Part shown: positions 27,549 through 41,586 of the stretch, piece after piece
Layout: each line of letters begins with the position of its first letter
Position numbering within the stretch: the first letter of the stretch is position 1
Assembly (NCBI RefSeq): GCF_009914755.1
Contig: NC_060938.1
Direction: 5' to 3' (one strand)
Source: the human T2T-CHM13v2.0 reference genome, Homo sapiens
DNA length: 64,000 bases
The notes under the pieces: model-generated
Databases searched by the model: none
What the model was told of the DNA's origin: nothing
The model's input: only the letters and a program-made list of their open reading frames with translations
Program-made: the position numbers and the translations under genes

Positions 27549-29439
27549 GTCTGCTTTCCTCTATAGAAAACTCTGAGTTTGCAACAGAGAGAATCTACTT
27601 AAAATAGTGTGAAATTTAAAAGAAAATAGAGCACTAAGGCCAGAATTGATATCTTTGTGTAGATAATTACATGAACATATGTGATCCGCATAGTCAAAAT
27701 AAGAATTTTCTAGAAATCATTAATAATTTTAATATTAAAATTCTTATAATTATTGTTAAAGAAGACAACATTGAAACAAATTGATAGGGTTATTTTTCTT
27801 TTATGTTTTCTCAGTATTATCATTACTTTCAACACCCAAGAATGGCACAAATGTAGACATAAAATGTTAATGATCATGCAATTTCAATTTCAAGCAATTT
27901 GGATTTTGTCTATTCTTGGAAAAATTATTTTGAATTTAAGTAAAAGTTTAACCTGTTTGAAATAGACCTCATAGTAATGGATTCGAAATAATGTCTAAAT
28001 GTAAAATAGTGTTTCTATTTCTGGTTATCATTAACTTTGGAAATCAAAATATACAATTGCTTGCAAAGAGATGACCACCTCAAAATATCTAGGTAGGCTG
28101 CTTTCAAGGTGTGTCCTTTTTTCTAATTTGCTATTCCAGAAAATATGAGAAGAAATTAATTCAGTGCAATTCATAACTGCAGGTAAAAAGAGATGTATTA
28201 AATCAAGGCACTTTCCAAAACCATATCCTTCCTAAAACGTGGCATATTTCTCCTAAACTGAATATGGCAGCAAAACTAAAGGCAAAAGTCATTTTGTATA
28301 CTCCTGAATATGGAACAAAACTGCTCTTCAATTCAGGGCTTACTCTATAGTAGTAGTAGTGTCTGATAATAGGGAAATGCTTGACAACAGTTCTGACAAT
28401 GACTGAGGAGGATGCAGTGACAAGGGTATACTTAGGCACATATGGTGGGAACTGACCCTTATTCAGAGTTTCTGGAAATTGATATGATCCCAGATTGACA
28501 AAATTGCAGGGTATGATCTGCCTCTGGAGTCCAGGGAGGTTCCTCAGGGAGAGCCTGGTGCTAGGACATATGTATCATGACACTTGCAGAAGACAGCTGA
28601 ATGGGCAAGTGTGATACAAGTTGTCTGACCGTCACAGAAAGCAAGACATTTTTCACCTTTCAGTGAGTGAGGGGCATCCCTCATGCAGAAACATTAGCAA
28701 ATCACACCAATGTAAATGGTCACCCTGAACACTGGTGTCCACAGAATAAGAATCTCTGTCACCCAAACTGTTAGAAACCATATTTTTACTCCTACTGATG
28801 ACTCTAAGCTGTGCATTACATGCTAAAAGATAATATTTAGAAGAGAATTTAAGAGAGGTGGAGTGAAATGGCCTAATGTGTATTTAAAAGGAACTATATT
28901 TTTTCAGTGTTCACTATTATACCAAAAGGAAATTCTGAAGGTAAAAATAGTGCTGTTCAAGGTCCTGAAGGATAAATTTGACTGTTTCTACAGAAAACTC
29001 ACACTTATTTTGGCAACCAAGCAGTGTTAAATTTAAAAGAAAGTTATGTATGTTTTTGTATGTGTGTGTATATATGATTCATATATGACACATAAAACAA
29101 GGACTGCTACAAGAAATTCCACAGAAATCCAAATGTTTTTATTGTTGTGAAATGCTGTGGAAATGACAGTACTTCCAGAGATATCTCATTCCCAGCAGAA
29201 AGGAGTTATGGGCAAACTAACAGAGCCAGAAGAAGGAAATGCCAAAACAAACAAACAAACAAAAATGTAACTAAAGGGAAGTGCTATCCAAATCCTGGGC
29301 ATATAGATAATATTGTCAAGGAAGTTAGGTCCATCAGTTGCCCTCTACCATATCTGGCAATTCAATAAAAAGCTGGACTTTCTTTTTTAGCTCTATTTCC
29401 TTCTAGCTCAATCACAAGCATCTTAAGACATTATAATTA

Positions 29440-29545
29440 AATATATTTTAAAAATATATATGTATATAGATATAGCTACATATACACATACACACATAAA
29501 TATATATATACATATACACATATACATATATATTTTATATATAGA
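29440..29545. repeat. (TA)n/(CA)n low-complexity microsatellite
   Basis: Read directly. Confidence 0.9.
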
Positions 29546-30139
29546 ATCTCACTGTTTTGAATTTACAAAATATTAAAATTCATTTTTTTTCTCAGAATGG
29601 TTGGAACATAAGCTACTCTGATTAAGTAAATGCTATATTTGGCTTAGCCGAGATTTATTACATATAATGTGTGATATATCCAATTTCAAAGACTGTGAAT
29701 CTGGTAAATAAACACAATGCACTCATATCTTCAATATCCTTTAGTTTTTTAGATGGTCTAGAATATGCTTAAGTATTTTTCAGTAAATGTGTTATTAGAA
29801 AAATATTTTAAACACTTTACTATTTTAAAGTATTACTAATAAACATTAAAACAGAATGCCATTTAGAGTTCAAAATTCTAAATAACGTAATAAAAATATT
29901 TTTATAATTTGAAGCGTGCTTGTATTATTTATACTTATATTTGCAATTGGCCTGTTTACAAATTTTGGTCATATAGGAGGTGGTTACTTAACCTCAGATT
30001 GTTCAAATTCCAATCCTTAATATCTTAATTTTTCTGTCGGCTTTTGAATAATGTCTCATCACAATCTCTATTAAAAGAGTGTGAGGATATGTAAAAAAAA
30101 ACACACAAAATACAACTTACAATATATAACATGTATTAC

Positions 30140-30235
30140 ACCTACTGTATTTCCCATTTTATAGATAAGAAAACTCAGTTCTGGGATTTTAAGAGACTTC
30201 TTTAGATGCACAAAGCTAACAAGTGGTAGACTTCT
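30140..30235 (-). mobile_element. MIR fragment
   Basis: MIR core 'cccattttatagataagaaaactcag'. Confidence 0.65.
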
Positions 30236-32904
30236 AGCCCATCAGGACTGATTGAAAAGACAATATTTTTTGTCATGTAAAACAGGCCAATAGAAAATTT
30301 TATACTGATTTGGAAGTTTAAAAGTAAAAAATAAAATTACTGCTAAATTTTAATAAAATGGTTTTCTCTAAGTAGTAATAAAATGTTTCTTTAAAAAGGA
30401 CATTTCCAGATATTTTGCATTCCCAATAGGAATGGGTGATGGCCCAACCACTGCAGCTAAGGTCATCACAAAGCTGGCAGTATGAGATGGGATTTTTACC
30501 CAGGTCCTGTGGCTCCAGAGTTTTGTACTCGTAAGCACTTTGCTGTAATGCTTCTACTACTAGTTAAGTTTTGCCAGTTACTAGAAATGGTGCTGAAGTG
30601 ATTGGTAAAAATTTCTTTACACTACTGATTAATATTACATTTGTGAACTCTCCCTACACTGAAAAAAACCTGTTTCTTTTCATATTACAGACTACTGGTA
30701 ATCAGCTATAATTTTATCTAAACTGATGCAGACAATTAATTATGTAAAATTAATAACTACGAATTCAGTGATTCAATATTAAGTAATAGAAAAGAATGAG
30801 TTATAATTACTATATTAATTGGCTGAATGTAAATAATTGTAAAGGTATTAAAGGTAATTTATTCTCCCAATTAGATAATCATTTTCCTAAAATTATTAAT
30901 TACATTATGAATTTATTCCACAAATTTGTTTAAAATAATTCATATACAGGTAGCCCAACCTCACTTAAATATGAGTTACTTTAAATTTCACATAATAGGA
31001 ATCAAATTAGCATTTTCTTTTACTTACCTTACCATAAATATGCAGATAGTGCATATTGGAAAACATTTACAATTCTTTAGCTATTAGAAGAAAGAAACTC
31101 CATCAAATATAGTATAATGATGCCCTAAGACAATTATAATGAAGTAATAACTGACCTTAGCCATGTACTAAAGTGTGACATCTTGAATTCAGTTGCCAGT
31201 ATAAACTACAATTACCAAATCACTCAGTGGTTTAGAAAATCAAACCATATTCTCTCTAGCTATTCTTCTGTCTTGGCATTACCTTCTAAATTTCAGGCTT
31301 ACCCAGGTCTGCCGTGGTGTAGCAACTGCCTACATTTATTGATAAGCAAATATTTTCTGATCTGTTGCCACAAAGGAAGGAACACCCAAACTGGGAGGCC
31401 AGATTAAAAATTGAAATCTTGTCAAATGTCCAATTCTCAGCATGACTTATTATTTCGTATTGTCATTTTCTGTACCCACAGAGTTAAGTCTTGTTAATTT
31501 TAGCACATTTAAAAGAATCCTAAATCATGGGTTTAAAACTAATGGGGTTGAACAGACATTTATTTATCCTGCAAAGCAGGCCAATAAACAATTTTATGTT
31601 TCCAAATGCTAATTTGGAAGTTTGAAAGTCAAAGAATGTATTGCTAATGTTAAGTAAAAAGGATTACATGAAGTAGATAGAAAAACAAATATACGCATGC
31701 TGAAAAAACATTCCTCCATGATCCATGTGATGCCCACTTTTAAAACTGAAGAGAAATAACAGAAAATATTGAGCTTCAGTTCTTCAATTGGCACTTAAAT
31801 TGCAGGGTCTTGAGAGGTGAGAAAAAGGCATGAAACAGTCTGTGTTGCCTCAGATCCTTAGGTCAGAAACAAAATTCTTATCTGAAAACATAAGTTGGAA
31901 TTTGTGGTCCAAGAGACTGTCATGATTCACCTGGCACATTGGATTCATCTTTTTGCTTACACTTAAATCTTTTCTAGTATTCGTTTAAGTCAGTAACATA
32001 TTAAGGTTAAAAAAAAAAAAAAAGACAGTGAACATTGATTCCCTTAAATGGAGTTCTAAGAAAGTTGAGAATTTACCAAGTCAGGCACATTTTCAGTCTT
32101 CATAAGGAAAGCTTTAATTTACAATCACTGTGAAACCCCATGATACACTAAAATAGTACATTGTCAAAAGTACCAAACTATTGGGAAAAAGATGTTAATG
32201 TGATGATATTTCTAATTTTAGTCTATCCCTATATTACAGTCCTATAGCACCTTTTCTCCAAGGAGATCAGAATGCTTTATATTTAGAATAAGACGGAAAT
32301 ACAAATCAAAGTGAAAGTTCCCCCAGAATTATGTTGTAAAGATTAAGAGCCACAGAAGAAGAGATAAAGGGGATCAGAAGAAAATAGAAGCATGAGCAAT
32401 AGGAATCCATGCAGACCCTGGCAAGTTGTCTGACTTAAGCGTTGCTGCTGCTACCTTCTCTAAATTTAGTAGTAAGGACAGACAATAGGGGCTATTCAAG
32501 GGAAACCTCTTGTTTGGTCCAGTCTAATATATCTTGATGTAGCACCATATTTTAACCATTCCTATCCTTCCCCAGTGTCATTAGGGCTTAGTTCTCCAAT
32601 TCCCTCAGAGGATTATCAAAGGTCAAGGCTTGTCTTATGAGTTGTATTTTGTACATGTGGTTTAGTGACTGATAATAGTAAGAGGGAGGGTCACTCAGAG
32701 AGTACCCGCAACTATTACAAACATCTTCAGGATATCTTTATTCTGGTACTTCTCAGAAGAAGGTATGGCTTTATGCAAGTATTTTCTTTCTATTTGATTA
32801 TGATAAAATGTTTTTTGATACCAACGGATGCCAATGTAAAACTTCCAATAATTCAGAAACAAACACAATTTTCATTCTCGCTTATTGAATTCTATTAATA
32901 TATA

Positions 32905-33115
32905 TAGACAGGGAATCTGAATTCAGATGTGTTATGTTCAAATCATGGCACATTAATGCCACTAATTACTACCTAAATTAGCAAGTTATTTAATCCCTCT
33001 GTGCCTCAGTTTTGGCATCTTTTCCACTGGGTATAAAATGCTTCCTACCTCAGATTGTTCTGAGGGTTACTATGTGGCACATAGAAATAAATGAATACAT
33101 TTATCTATTAAGTGC
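32905..33115 (+). mobile_element. MIR
   Basis: MIR core 'gcaagttatttaatccctctgtgcctcagtttt', 'cctacctcagattgttctgaggg'. Confidence 0.75.
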
Positions 33116-34644
33116 ATGGGAAATATTTTTTATTCAGGGTCCTAATACAAGCAGAAAAATATCTAGACTCATTGACAGTTGGAAATACTCCATGCCCTGC
33201 CTCTAGGGACGAGAAGCTCACCTTTGGAAACTATGGCTATATTATAGGACTTCCTGTAGGGAGTGTTGGGTTAAATCCTGACAAGTAATAATTTGTAAGG
33301 ATGTTTTGAGAGATCATCAAAGGAGGCATGCCATTATGTTGGAAAGATCTTGATTACAGCAGAGTTGCTTATTCAACATTAACCTACATAGCCTAGTGCA
33401 AAAATAATGGTAAAGAAATAAATATTTAAAAAGAATAGCACTCATTTCTGTGTTCTCAACAACTTTCTGCAGTGCTCTGAAGTAAGGCACAGGTTCATCT
33501 GACCATCACAAAAATAAAAATTGAAATTGTATTATACTTTTTAGAGGACTTTTAATACAAATTTTATACAAAGTTTCCAAGGAGAAGCTACATATATTAA
33601 AATATTAATTATTATATCAGTTTGATACCTTAGGATAGTTAGAAAACTTTGATCAAGTTCCTTAAAAAACAGAGCAAACTGCGTGTAACACAAGACCTCT
33701 TCTCTTCCGCGTCTCTGCTACAAGTTCCCCTAGAGGTAGGGCTGAGAATACCAGGCTATGCAACTAAGTCTAGAGTCCCTGGGAACCCACAGAAGACACT
33801 AGGATCTGGGGTTTGTTCTGACACCCTACACCAATTTAGCATAAGGTTGATTTCAGGCAGGACAAAAATAGTAATAGAGGCTCCAGTTCATATCAGGCAC
33901 AGTAAATCTATTTTGGATTCTCACTGTAAATAATAAACAAAGTAATGAGACATAAAGATTTCCATGTCTTAATTATGCTGAAATCAAGAAGTAGACCTGA
34001 GCTGATTGACAGAATATGCCCCATGGGAAGGTATCTAATGTGTTCAGAACAGTATGGAATACTATGAAAGTTCAAATATCCACTCCCCTTCCCCACATTC
34101 TTTCTGAATTGGAAGTTTTATGTGCAACAACAATTCTTAAGCAATAATTCTAAATATACTTTCTATTGGAAAATAAAAAATAATTATTATCTTTACTATC
34201 TGGTCAGATGCTATGATTTAAAACCTGGGCTACTTCATCTTTTAATTCTCATTCTATTTCTCTCATTCTATTCAATTATTCCCTTATTTCAAAGACTCTC
34301 CTAAGTTAAATGAACATTTTAAATTTTCTAACAGCTATTCTCAGTCTGGCTTCCCTCCCAGGTCTGGAGTCAGCACATTGAGACACTGCACTTTTCTTCA
34401 TTATTGATTGATAAGTGACACCACTTTCCTGGGTTCACAGTCAGAGACGCAAGAACAGACAGTCCGGCTACACCATGGAGTTTAACACACACACACACAT
34501 ACACACACTACTGAAATTACAGTTCCTTTTTAAAGTAGGAAAGCAATCTAATACAGGTATAAACTATTAAATATTTCACATATCTAACAGTTTCAAAGGA
34601 ACAGTTGAGTTTTTCTGCTATCGATTCTAGTGGTTTGCACCCAA

Positions 34645-35045
34645 TTATTCATTCATTCATAAAGTCAACATACTTGAGTGCTTATCAGACATCAGGCTCT
34701 ATGGATACGCTAGAAGTTATGAAAGTGTTTGGTGTACATGGAATGTCTGAGCTGGACAGTGGGAGAAAGAAATGGTGATAGCCTGAGTGGGAGGAGATGA
34801 GACCAGAAGAACACATGGAGGCAGATTTTGCACACCCCAGATGCAAAACTACATAATTTAGATCATATCCTACAGACATCTTGGAACCACTGGAAATTTT
34901 CAAATTTGAAGATGACAGATTTATCTTTGATGATTTTGGGGCAATAATTATGAGTGTTCTATGGAGACTGGATTGGAGTAGACAGAGAGGCTAGGGATTC
35001 CAGATCAAACAATGTTAAATGCAATCAAGATAAACAAGCTTAGAT
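34645..35045 (-). mobile_element. L2 3' fragment
   Basis: (TTCA)n tail, 'cttgagtgcttat', 'gagactggattggag'. Confidence 0.6.
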
Positions 35046-35046
35046 T

Positions 35047-36967
35047 AAAAAAAAAAATGCCTAGAAACAAATTTAACCACGGAGGTGGAAGACCTTTAGA
35101 GGGAAAGGTTCAAAGCACTGACAAAAGAAATTGAAGAGGATGCAAACAAATAGAAAGGCATCTCATGTTCATTCATCAAAAGAACTGATATTGTTAAAAT
35201 GACTATACTACCCATAACAGTCTACAGATTCAATGCAATCCCCATCAAAATGCCAACATCATTTTACACAGAAATAGAAAAAAAATCCTAAAATTCATAT
35301 GGAACAAAAAAAGAGTCTGAATAACCAAAGCAAAAGAAACACAGTGGAAGGCATCATGCTATCTGACTTCGAAATATATTGCAAGGCTATAGTAACTCAA
35401 ACATCAGAGTATTGGCATAAAAACAGACACATAAACCAATAGAATAGAATAGAGAACCCAGAAATAAATTCATGTACTTACAGAGAACTGATTTTTGACA
35501 AATGTGTCAAGAACATACATTAAAGGAAGGGCATCCTCTCTAAAAAATGTTGCTAGAAAAATTGAATATTCATATGTGGAAGAATAAACTGGGCCTGTGT
35601 CTCTCACCATATGTATAAAACAATTCAACATGAATTAAAGACTTAAATGAGAGACCCAAAACTATAATACTACTAGAAGAAAATGTAAAGAAAGCACTTC
35701 AGGACATTCATCTAGGAAAAGATTTTGCGGCTAAGACCTCAAAAGCACAGACAACAAAAACAAAGAAAAATGGGAGTATAGTAAACTAAAATGCTTCTGC
35801 AGAGCAAAGGAAACACAGGATGAAGAGATAACCTGTTAAATGGAAGAAAATATTTGTCAAACTATTCTTGGAATGAAAGACTAACATTCAGAATGTATAA
35901 GAAACTCAAACAACTCAACAATTAAAAAAAATAGCAAATACTATTAAAAAGTGGGTAATGGATGTGAAAAGAAATTTCTCAAAAAAGACATACGAATGGC
36001 TAACAGGTATTTGAAAATATGCTCAACATTACTAATCTGGGAAAGGCAAATCAAAGCTGCAATGAGATATCAATATCAATGAAATATACCATATTAATGA
36101 GATATCATTTCATCCCAGTTAAAATGATCATTATTAAAAAGACAAAAGAAAACAGATGCTGGCAAAGATGTGAAAAAAAGGGAACCCTCATACACTGTTT
36201 GTCATAATGTAAATTAATACAACCATTATGGAGGACAGTTTGGAGACTCCTCAAAAAACTAAAATTAGAGATACTTGTAGGATCCAGCAATCCTACTTCT
36301 AGCTATATAACCAAAGGAAAGGAAATCAGTATATTGAAGGGATACCTGCACTCCCATGTTTATTGCATCACTATTTACAATAGCTAAGATTTGGAAGCAA
36401 CCTGTGTCCATAAACAGATGAATGGATAAAGCAAATGTGATACATATATAAAATGGAGTACTATACAGTCAAAAAGAAGAATGAGATTCTATCATTTGCA
36501 AAAACATGGATGGAACTTTCATTATGTTATGTGAAATAAGCCAGGCACAGAAAGTCAAACTTTGCATGTTCTCACTTATTTGTGGGAGCTAAAAATTAAA
36601 ATAATTAAACTCATGGAGATAGAGAGTAGAAGGATGGCTACCAGATGCTGAGAAGGGTATTGTTGGGGGGGTGGTGGAGAGGGGAAATGGGGATGGTTAA
36701 TGGTTAATAAACAAAAAATAGAATGAATAAAACCCAGTATTTGCTAGCACAACAGGGTGACTATAGTCAAAAATAACTTAATTTTACATTTTAATATAAC
36801 TAAAAGAGTATAATTGTTGTAACACAAAGGATAAATGCTTGGGGTGATCAATAACCCGTTTACCCTAATGTGATTATTATTATGCATTACATTCCTGCAT
36901 CAAAATATTTCATGTAAACAAAATATATAAAACTACTATGTACCCACAAAAATTAAAAATAAAAAAT
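35047..36967 (+). mobile_element. L1MA (MA2/3-like), 5'-truncated, ~1.9 kb, decayed ORF2 3' part plus 3'UTR
   Basis: 'tctacagattcaatgcaatccccatcaaaat', 'gatacctgcactcccatgtttattgca', terminus 'ctactatgtacccacaaaaattaaaaataaaaaa'. Confidence 0.93.
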
Positions 36968-37114
36968 ATCCCAAAACCCAAAGAAACAAAAACTATATAG
37001 CTCTAGGTCTACCCTGTATCATCAGCCCTAAATACACAATAAAATTCCCTCGGGACCTCTCCACCTGATAGCTCCTCAGGCATCTCAGACACAACTGCAT
37101 CCTATACTCCAGAC

Positions 37115-37672
37115 CAGGGTTACCTAACTTACTCCCTATTTACATTTTGTGCTGCATAATTTTTTCTTATGTGACTGTTTTGTGTACTGTAGGATGTTTA
37201 GCAACAGCCATGGCCTCTATTCAGTACACATGACTAGTGCCCTGATATGGTTTGCCTGTGTCCCCGCCCAAATCTCATCTTGAATTCCCACGTGTTGTGG
37301 GAGGGGCCTGGTGGGAGGTAATTGAATCATGGTGACAAGTCTTTCCTGTGCTGTTCTCATGATAGTGTGTAAGTCTCACGAGATCTGATGGTTTAAAAAG
37401 AGGCATTCCCCTGCACAGGCTCTCTCATTTTTTTGCCTGCCGCCATCCACGTAAGATGTGACTTGCTTCTCCTTGGATTTTCCCAGGATTGTGAGGCTTC
37501 CCCACAAGTGGAACTGTAAGTCCAATTAAACCTCTTTCTTTTGTAAATTGCTCAGTCTCGGGTATCTCTTTATGAGCAGCGTAAAAGCGGACTAATACAG
37601 GTCGTTTCCCCCAGTTGTGAGAAGCCAAAATATCATTCAATATTGCCAGATATCTCCAGTGGAGAACCAGTG
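37115..37672 (+). mobile_element. MER20 split by a THE1 LTR
   Basis: 'tgtaggatgtttagcaacag...' resumes as 'ccccagttgtga...ggagaaccagtg'; perfect 8-bp TSD ctccagac at 37107-37114 and 37673-37680. Confidence 0.85.
37243..37599 (+). mobile_element. THE1A/B solo LTR
   Basis: 'tgatatggtttgcctgtgtccccgcccaaatctcatcttgaattcccacgtgttgtgggagg'...'ggactaataca'. Confidence 0.93.
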
Positions 37673-37977
37673 CTCCAGACTGACCTAGATAACATGATTC
37701 TCTAAAAATATGGTTTTACAGTCTGTCCCCTGGAGGAGATAGCTCCCTGGTTTCCTACCAAGATGTCTCTTCTATCCATCAGTAACCATGTTGAGTGTTA
37801 ACATTGCCTGAGAAATTCTCCTTTCTGACAACACAGTATCATTTCTACACTGCTTTTATTCCACAAATATAATAAAAACGATTTTATCATAATTATTTCT
37901 GTGCATTTGTTTGCCACAACTAAACTCTTACAGGTTTCTGGAGGCCTGGCACATGGGAGTTGTTTGTTAACACTTGT

Positions 37978-37978
<1 letters not shown>

Positions 37979-38021
<43 letters not shown>

Positions 38022-38022
38022 A
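37979..38022. repeat. (TAAA)11 tetranucleotide STR
   Basis: Read directly; lies at the end of an L2-like tail. Confidence 0.95.
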
Positions 38023-38304
38023 AGTTTCCACATATAATAGTAACATTATCTATTAAAGTTTCACTGTTAGAGGTTATCTTTTAGAAGCCAACAAGATATT
38101 TCTCACTGATTTTTTCCTGTGTTTGTTTATTATTTTTAGTGTATGCCTTTTTTCATCAATTTATTTCAAACTAAGACAGTATCAGTAACCAGCTTTAACT
38201 TATTATTTTAATAGGTTTCAAAAGTATCAATTACTCACACAAGATATTCTAGATATACTTTACTATTTTAGAAGATGTATATTGAAAATACATGTGGGAT
38301 TTTC

Positions 38305-38612
38305 TTTTTTTAAAAAAATTTCAACTTTTATTTTAGGTTCTGGGGCACATGTGCAGTTTTATTATATAGGTAAACTTGTCACCCTGGGGTTTGGTGTACA
38401 GATTATTTCATCTCCTAGTTACAAAGCATAGTACCTGACAAGTTTTTTTTTTTTTTTCTGAACTTCTCCTTCCTCCCTCAAATAGGCCCCAGTGTCTGTC
38501 ATTCCCCTCTTTCTTTTCATGTGTTCTCATTTTGTAGCTCCCACTTGTAAGTAAGAACGTGTGGTATTTATTTAGTTTTCTGTTCCTGCATTAGTTTGCT
38601 AAGGATAATATT
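38305..38612 (-). mobile_element. L1PA (old primate, PA13-16-like) 3' end
   Basis: 'ttcaacttttattttaggttctggggcacatgtgcag...ggtgtacagattatttcatc', 'ctcccacttgtaagtaagaac'. Confidence 0.88.
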
Positions 38613-39068
38613 TTCAGTGCTCTTAGCAATATAATAATGTTCTTCATTTTTATATCATCTTTTATCAGGAGATTACAAAAACATTTAAGTTAATTCCTAT
38701 ACCTCTTACTAAGGAAGGTAAGTGAGTTCGTTTCCATTTCGTTTGTTTGAATAAATAAAACTCAGTACTTTTTCTAGAAAATTTTTGACAGTCCTGAGAT
38801 TAGCAGTAGGAGTGCCTGGCACCAGACCTGCTCTCATGTTGCAGAGCTGTTGGAACTATTAGCTGGAATAACTAGGTTTAGTGGACTAGACTTCAACTCT
38901 GTGGTAACACATTGAGAAGAACCACATGTGGAACTTGTCAGAGATTTTCGTCAGGTCTCAAATTCATGCTGAGCTAATAATATAAGACTTCTTCCTTCTT
39001 AATAGTCTCAATGCATTACGTCTGTTGTCATCATAGACTTCTATTAAGATTTTTAGTAGAGATTAGAG

Positions 39069-39417
39069 CAGGGGTCCCCAACACCCAGGAAGCAGACCAG
39101 TATCGCTCCATGGACCGTTTGGAACTGGGCCCACAGCAGGAGGTGAGCTGCAGCAGCATTACCACCTGAGCTCTGCCTCCTTTCAGATTAGAGGCAGCAT
39201 TAGATTCTCATATGAGCACGAACCCCACTGTGAACTGCTCATGAGAGGGATCTAGGTTGTGCTCTCCTTATGAGAATCTAACTGGATTAGATTAGTTAGA
39301 TCTAGAGGTGGAACAGTTTCATTCCAAAAGCATCCCTTCCCCCACCCCCACACCAGCTGTGGAAATATTGTCTTCCATGAAACTGGTCCCGGGTGTCAAA
39401 AAGTTTGGGGACTACTG
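39069..39417 (+). mobile_element. MER1B hAT-Charlie transposon
   Basis: Terminal inverted repeats caggggtcccca...tggggactactg; 8-bp TSD gattagag/ggttagag. Confidence 0.93.
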
Positions 39418-39450
39418 GGTTAGAGCGTTCTAGATGGTCCCAAGAGAAAG

Positions 39451-39451
<1 letters not shown>

Positions 39452-39485
<34 letters not shown>
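39452..39485. repeat. (TG)17 microsatellite
   Basis: Read directly. Confidence 0.97.
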
Positions 39486-39488
<3 letters not shown>

Positions 39489-40244
39489 AAACAAACAAAA
39501 TGTTTCTTATTAATAAGATACTTCTTCCTAATTGCTTTTGTAATTTTAAGCCTGGGAGCATCAGTCCACTGCTAGGGGATTACTAGAATGGCTTTAAATT
39601 CTGTCTTAACTGATAAAATTCTCAACAAATAAAGTTGAGCCTAGAGTAAGATTTCCAATTACAGTAATATAGTAGTGAATTAGCACTAGGCATGCACTAT
39701 GTTATATGCAAATTGAAGCCAAGTCCTTGGCTCAACTTCTCTGGTATACAGGGGGATGAAGCTGTCCATCAAATTGGCAAGATCTCTAGAGATAAAAACC
39801 TTCAGGTTGGGGAGATAACAAACCACTGAAACCCTTTTTAAAACAATAATTTTTCATTATGACTTAAAAATATGAATATACTGAACATAGCAATCTCACT
39901 AGTTACCTGTTATAGAAAAATGAGAAATCTTTTCTCAAAAACAAAATCATATGTATGTAGGGACCAATGGACAGTGATGCTTATCACAGCATTTTATTTT
40001 GTAATAGCAATAAATTATAAGTGATCTGGATGGCCACTAATGGGGGAATAGGCTTAATAAAACATAAATACAGGACATGTTATTTTGAACATTTCCAGTT
40101 GCCAAATTTATAGGTATATAACATTTTAAGTGTAAACCTAATATTCATTACTGACTTAAATTTCTTTCTTGGCTCATTGCTTTGGATCTGGGTTCTTCAG
40201 AATAATGAAATAATTCTGTTTGGGAAACAGTTTAGAATTGAAGT

Positions 40245-41210
40245 TGGTTGTGGGTTGGTGGGGGGGCGGGGATCCTTTCTGGATCCTAATTTATTATTCC
40301 CCAAGGCAGTCTCCTGAATGAATCTTTTTCCTTTGTTGTATAAGAGGCTTCAAAAGCAGCGAAGAACGTTCATTTTTCTCCTTAATCTTGTTACTTTGCC
40401 AGGAATAGCACAGGGGTCCCTTTAGCGAGTGAGACTAAGGGTACTAAAGTGGTTGGAAATCACTGAAAACAGTAGCAGGTTTATTTGAGCAAAATCGGCA
40501 GGGTGGTGTAATATACATTTTTAAAAATGCGTTTTCATTAAAATTAAAAAATAGCTTCCAAACAAACTCTGGAAAGGGCTCCAAATGCAGCCTTACAAAC
40601 CCCAAATGAAATCAATAAAAAGAAACCAGCCAAGCAGCAAGTTGAGAAAACACCAATTAGAGTTTTTAACAAACAGAGAAGCTCGCTGTGGGGTACAGTT
40701 TTTAAATCAGACAAGAGAAATTTGGGCTTTTTTCTCTACCTCGGCTCTGCTGTACTGTGCTCTTGCTGGAACTGAAATTTATGGGATTCAGAATGCACCC
40801 CAGGAAGAAAACACAAACAAGCGGGTGCTCTGGGCATTGTATCTGAGCAGATGAAAGCAAATATTATTCTGATAGCTTTTCATTTTGCCCTCCAAGGAGC
40901 TCTGCGTTATTATCCACGACTAGGGATTTTAATAGTCAAACTACCACAAATTTGTCAACACTCAATTTCTGCCTGGTTACAGAGTACAGCTTCCATGCAT
41001 GGAGGTTAACACAGGTTTCTCTAGCCAAGGAATTTTTTGAAGCAAATCATACTTGCATAGTCTGTTGCAGCTAATGTGCCTCCATTGATGACGCCACACT
41101 ACGTTGGCAGGTAGGTAAAGTTCATCTTCAGTCATACCTCCCATCCCAGGCCTCAGCTGGGCTAAACACTTCCAGATATAGTCCTGTGCCTGCCTGCCTG
41201 GCTCTCTTCG
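40245..41210 (+). promoter_or_regulatory. Putative promoter/enhancer island
   Basis: No recognisable repeat; ~14 CpG in ~960 bp against ~2 in the 5-6 kb interval; GGGGCGGGG 40263-40271, TATAAGA 40339-40345, Inr TCATTTT 40370-40376, donor CAG|GTAGGT 41110/41111. Confidence 0.45.
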
Positions 41211-41502
41211 GAGCTTTATTTACCTATTTCCTATCAAAACTACCCTATCTTCTTGTACCCCCTGAAATAAGCTTTGTGCTTATTTAAGGTAGTCATGAAA
41301 ATATGATAGTCATGAAAATAGATAGACATGAAAAGTCACCCTGTCAGTTCTTAGGAAGCAGTGCTTTTGCTTCACTTCCACTTAAAAAAGAGGCATTCAC
41401 AAAACCCGAAGAATAATAAAGCAATTTCTATGTGTAGAGTATTTTCTCAGTTATTTGTATTTCTTTATATAGATATGTGACTATATGCATATGCATGTAT
41501 AT

Positions 41503-41586
41503 ATGTATATGTATGTACATATAAATGTACATATAAACATGTATGTATATGTATGTACATATAAATGTACATATAAACATGTATGT
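41503..41586. repeat. 40-bp perfect tandem duplication in a TA/TG-rich tract
   Basis: atgtatatgtatgtacatataaatgtacatataaacatgt, two copies. Confidence 0.9.

Noticed and set aside
35047-36967. L1 ORF2 as a functional CDS
   Set aside because: 5'-truncated, with many stops and frameshifts; no long ORF in the track
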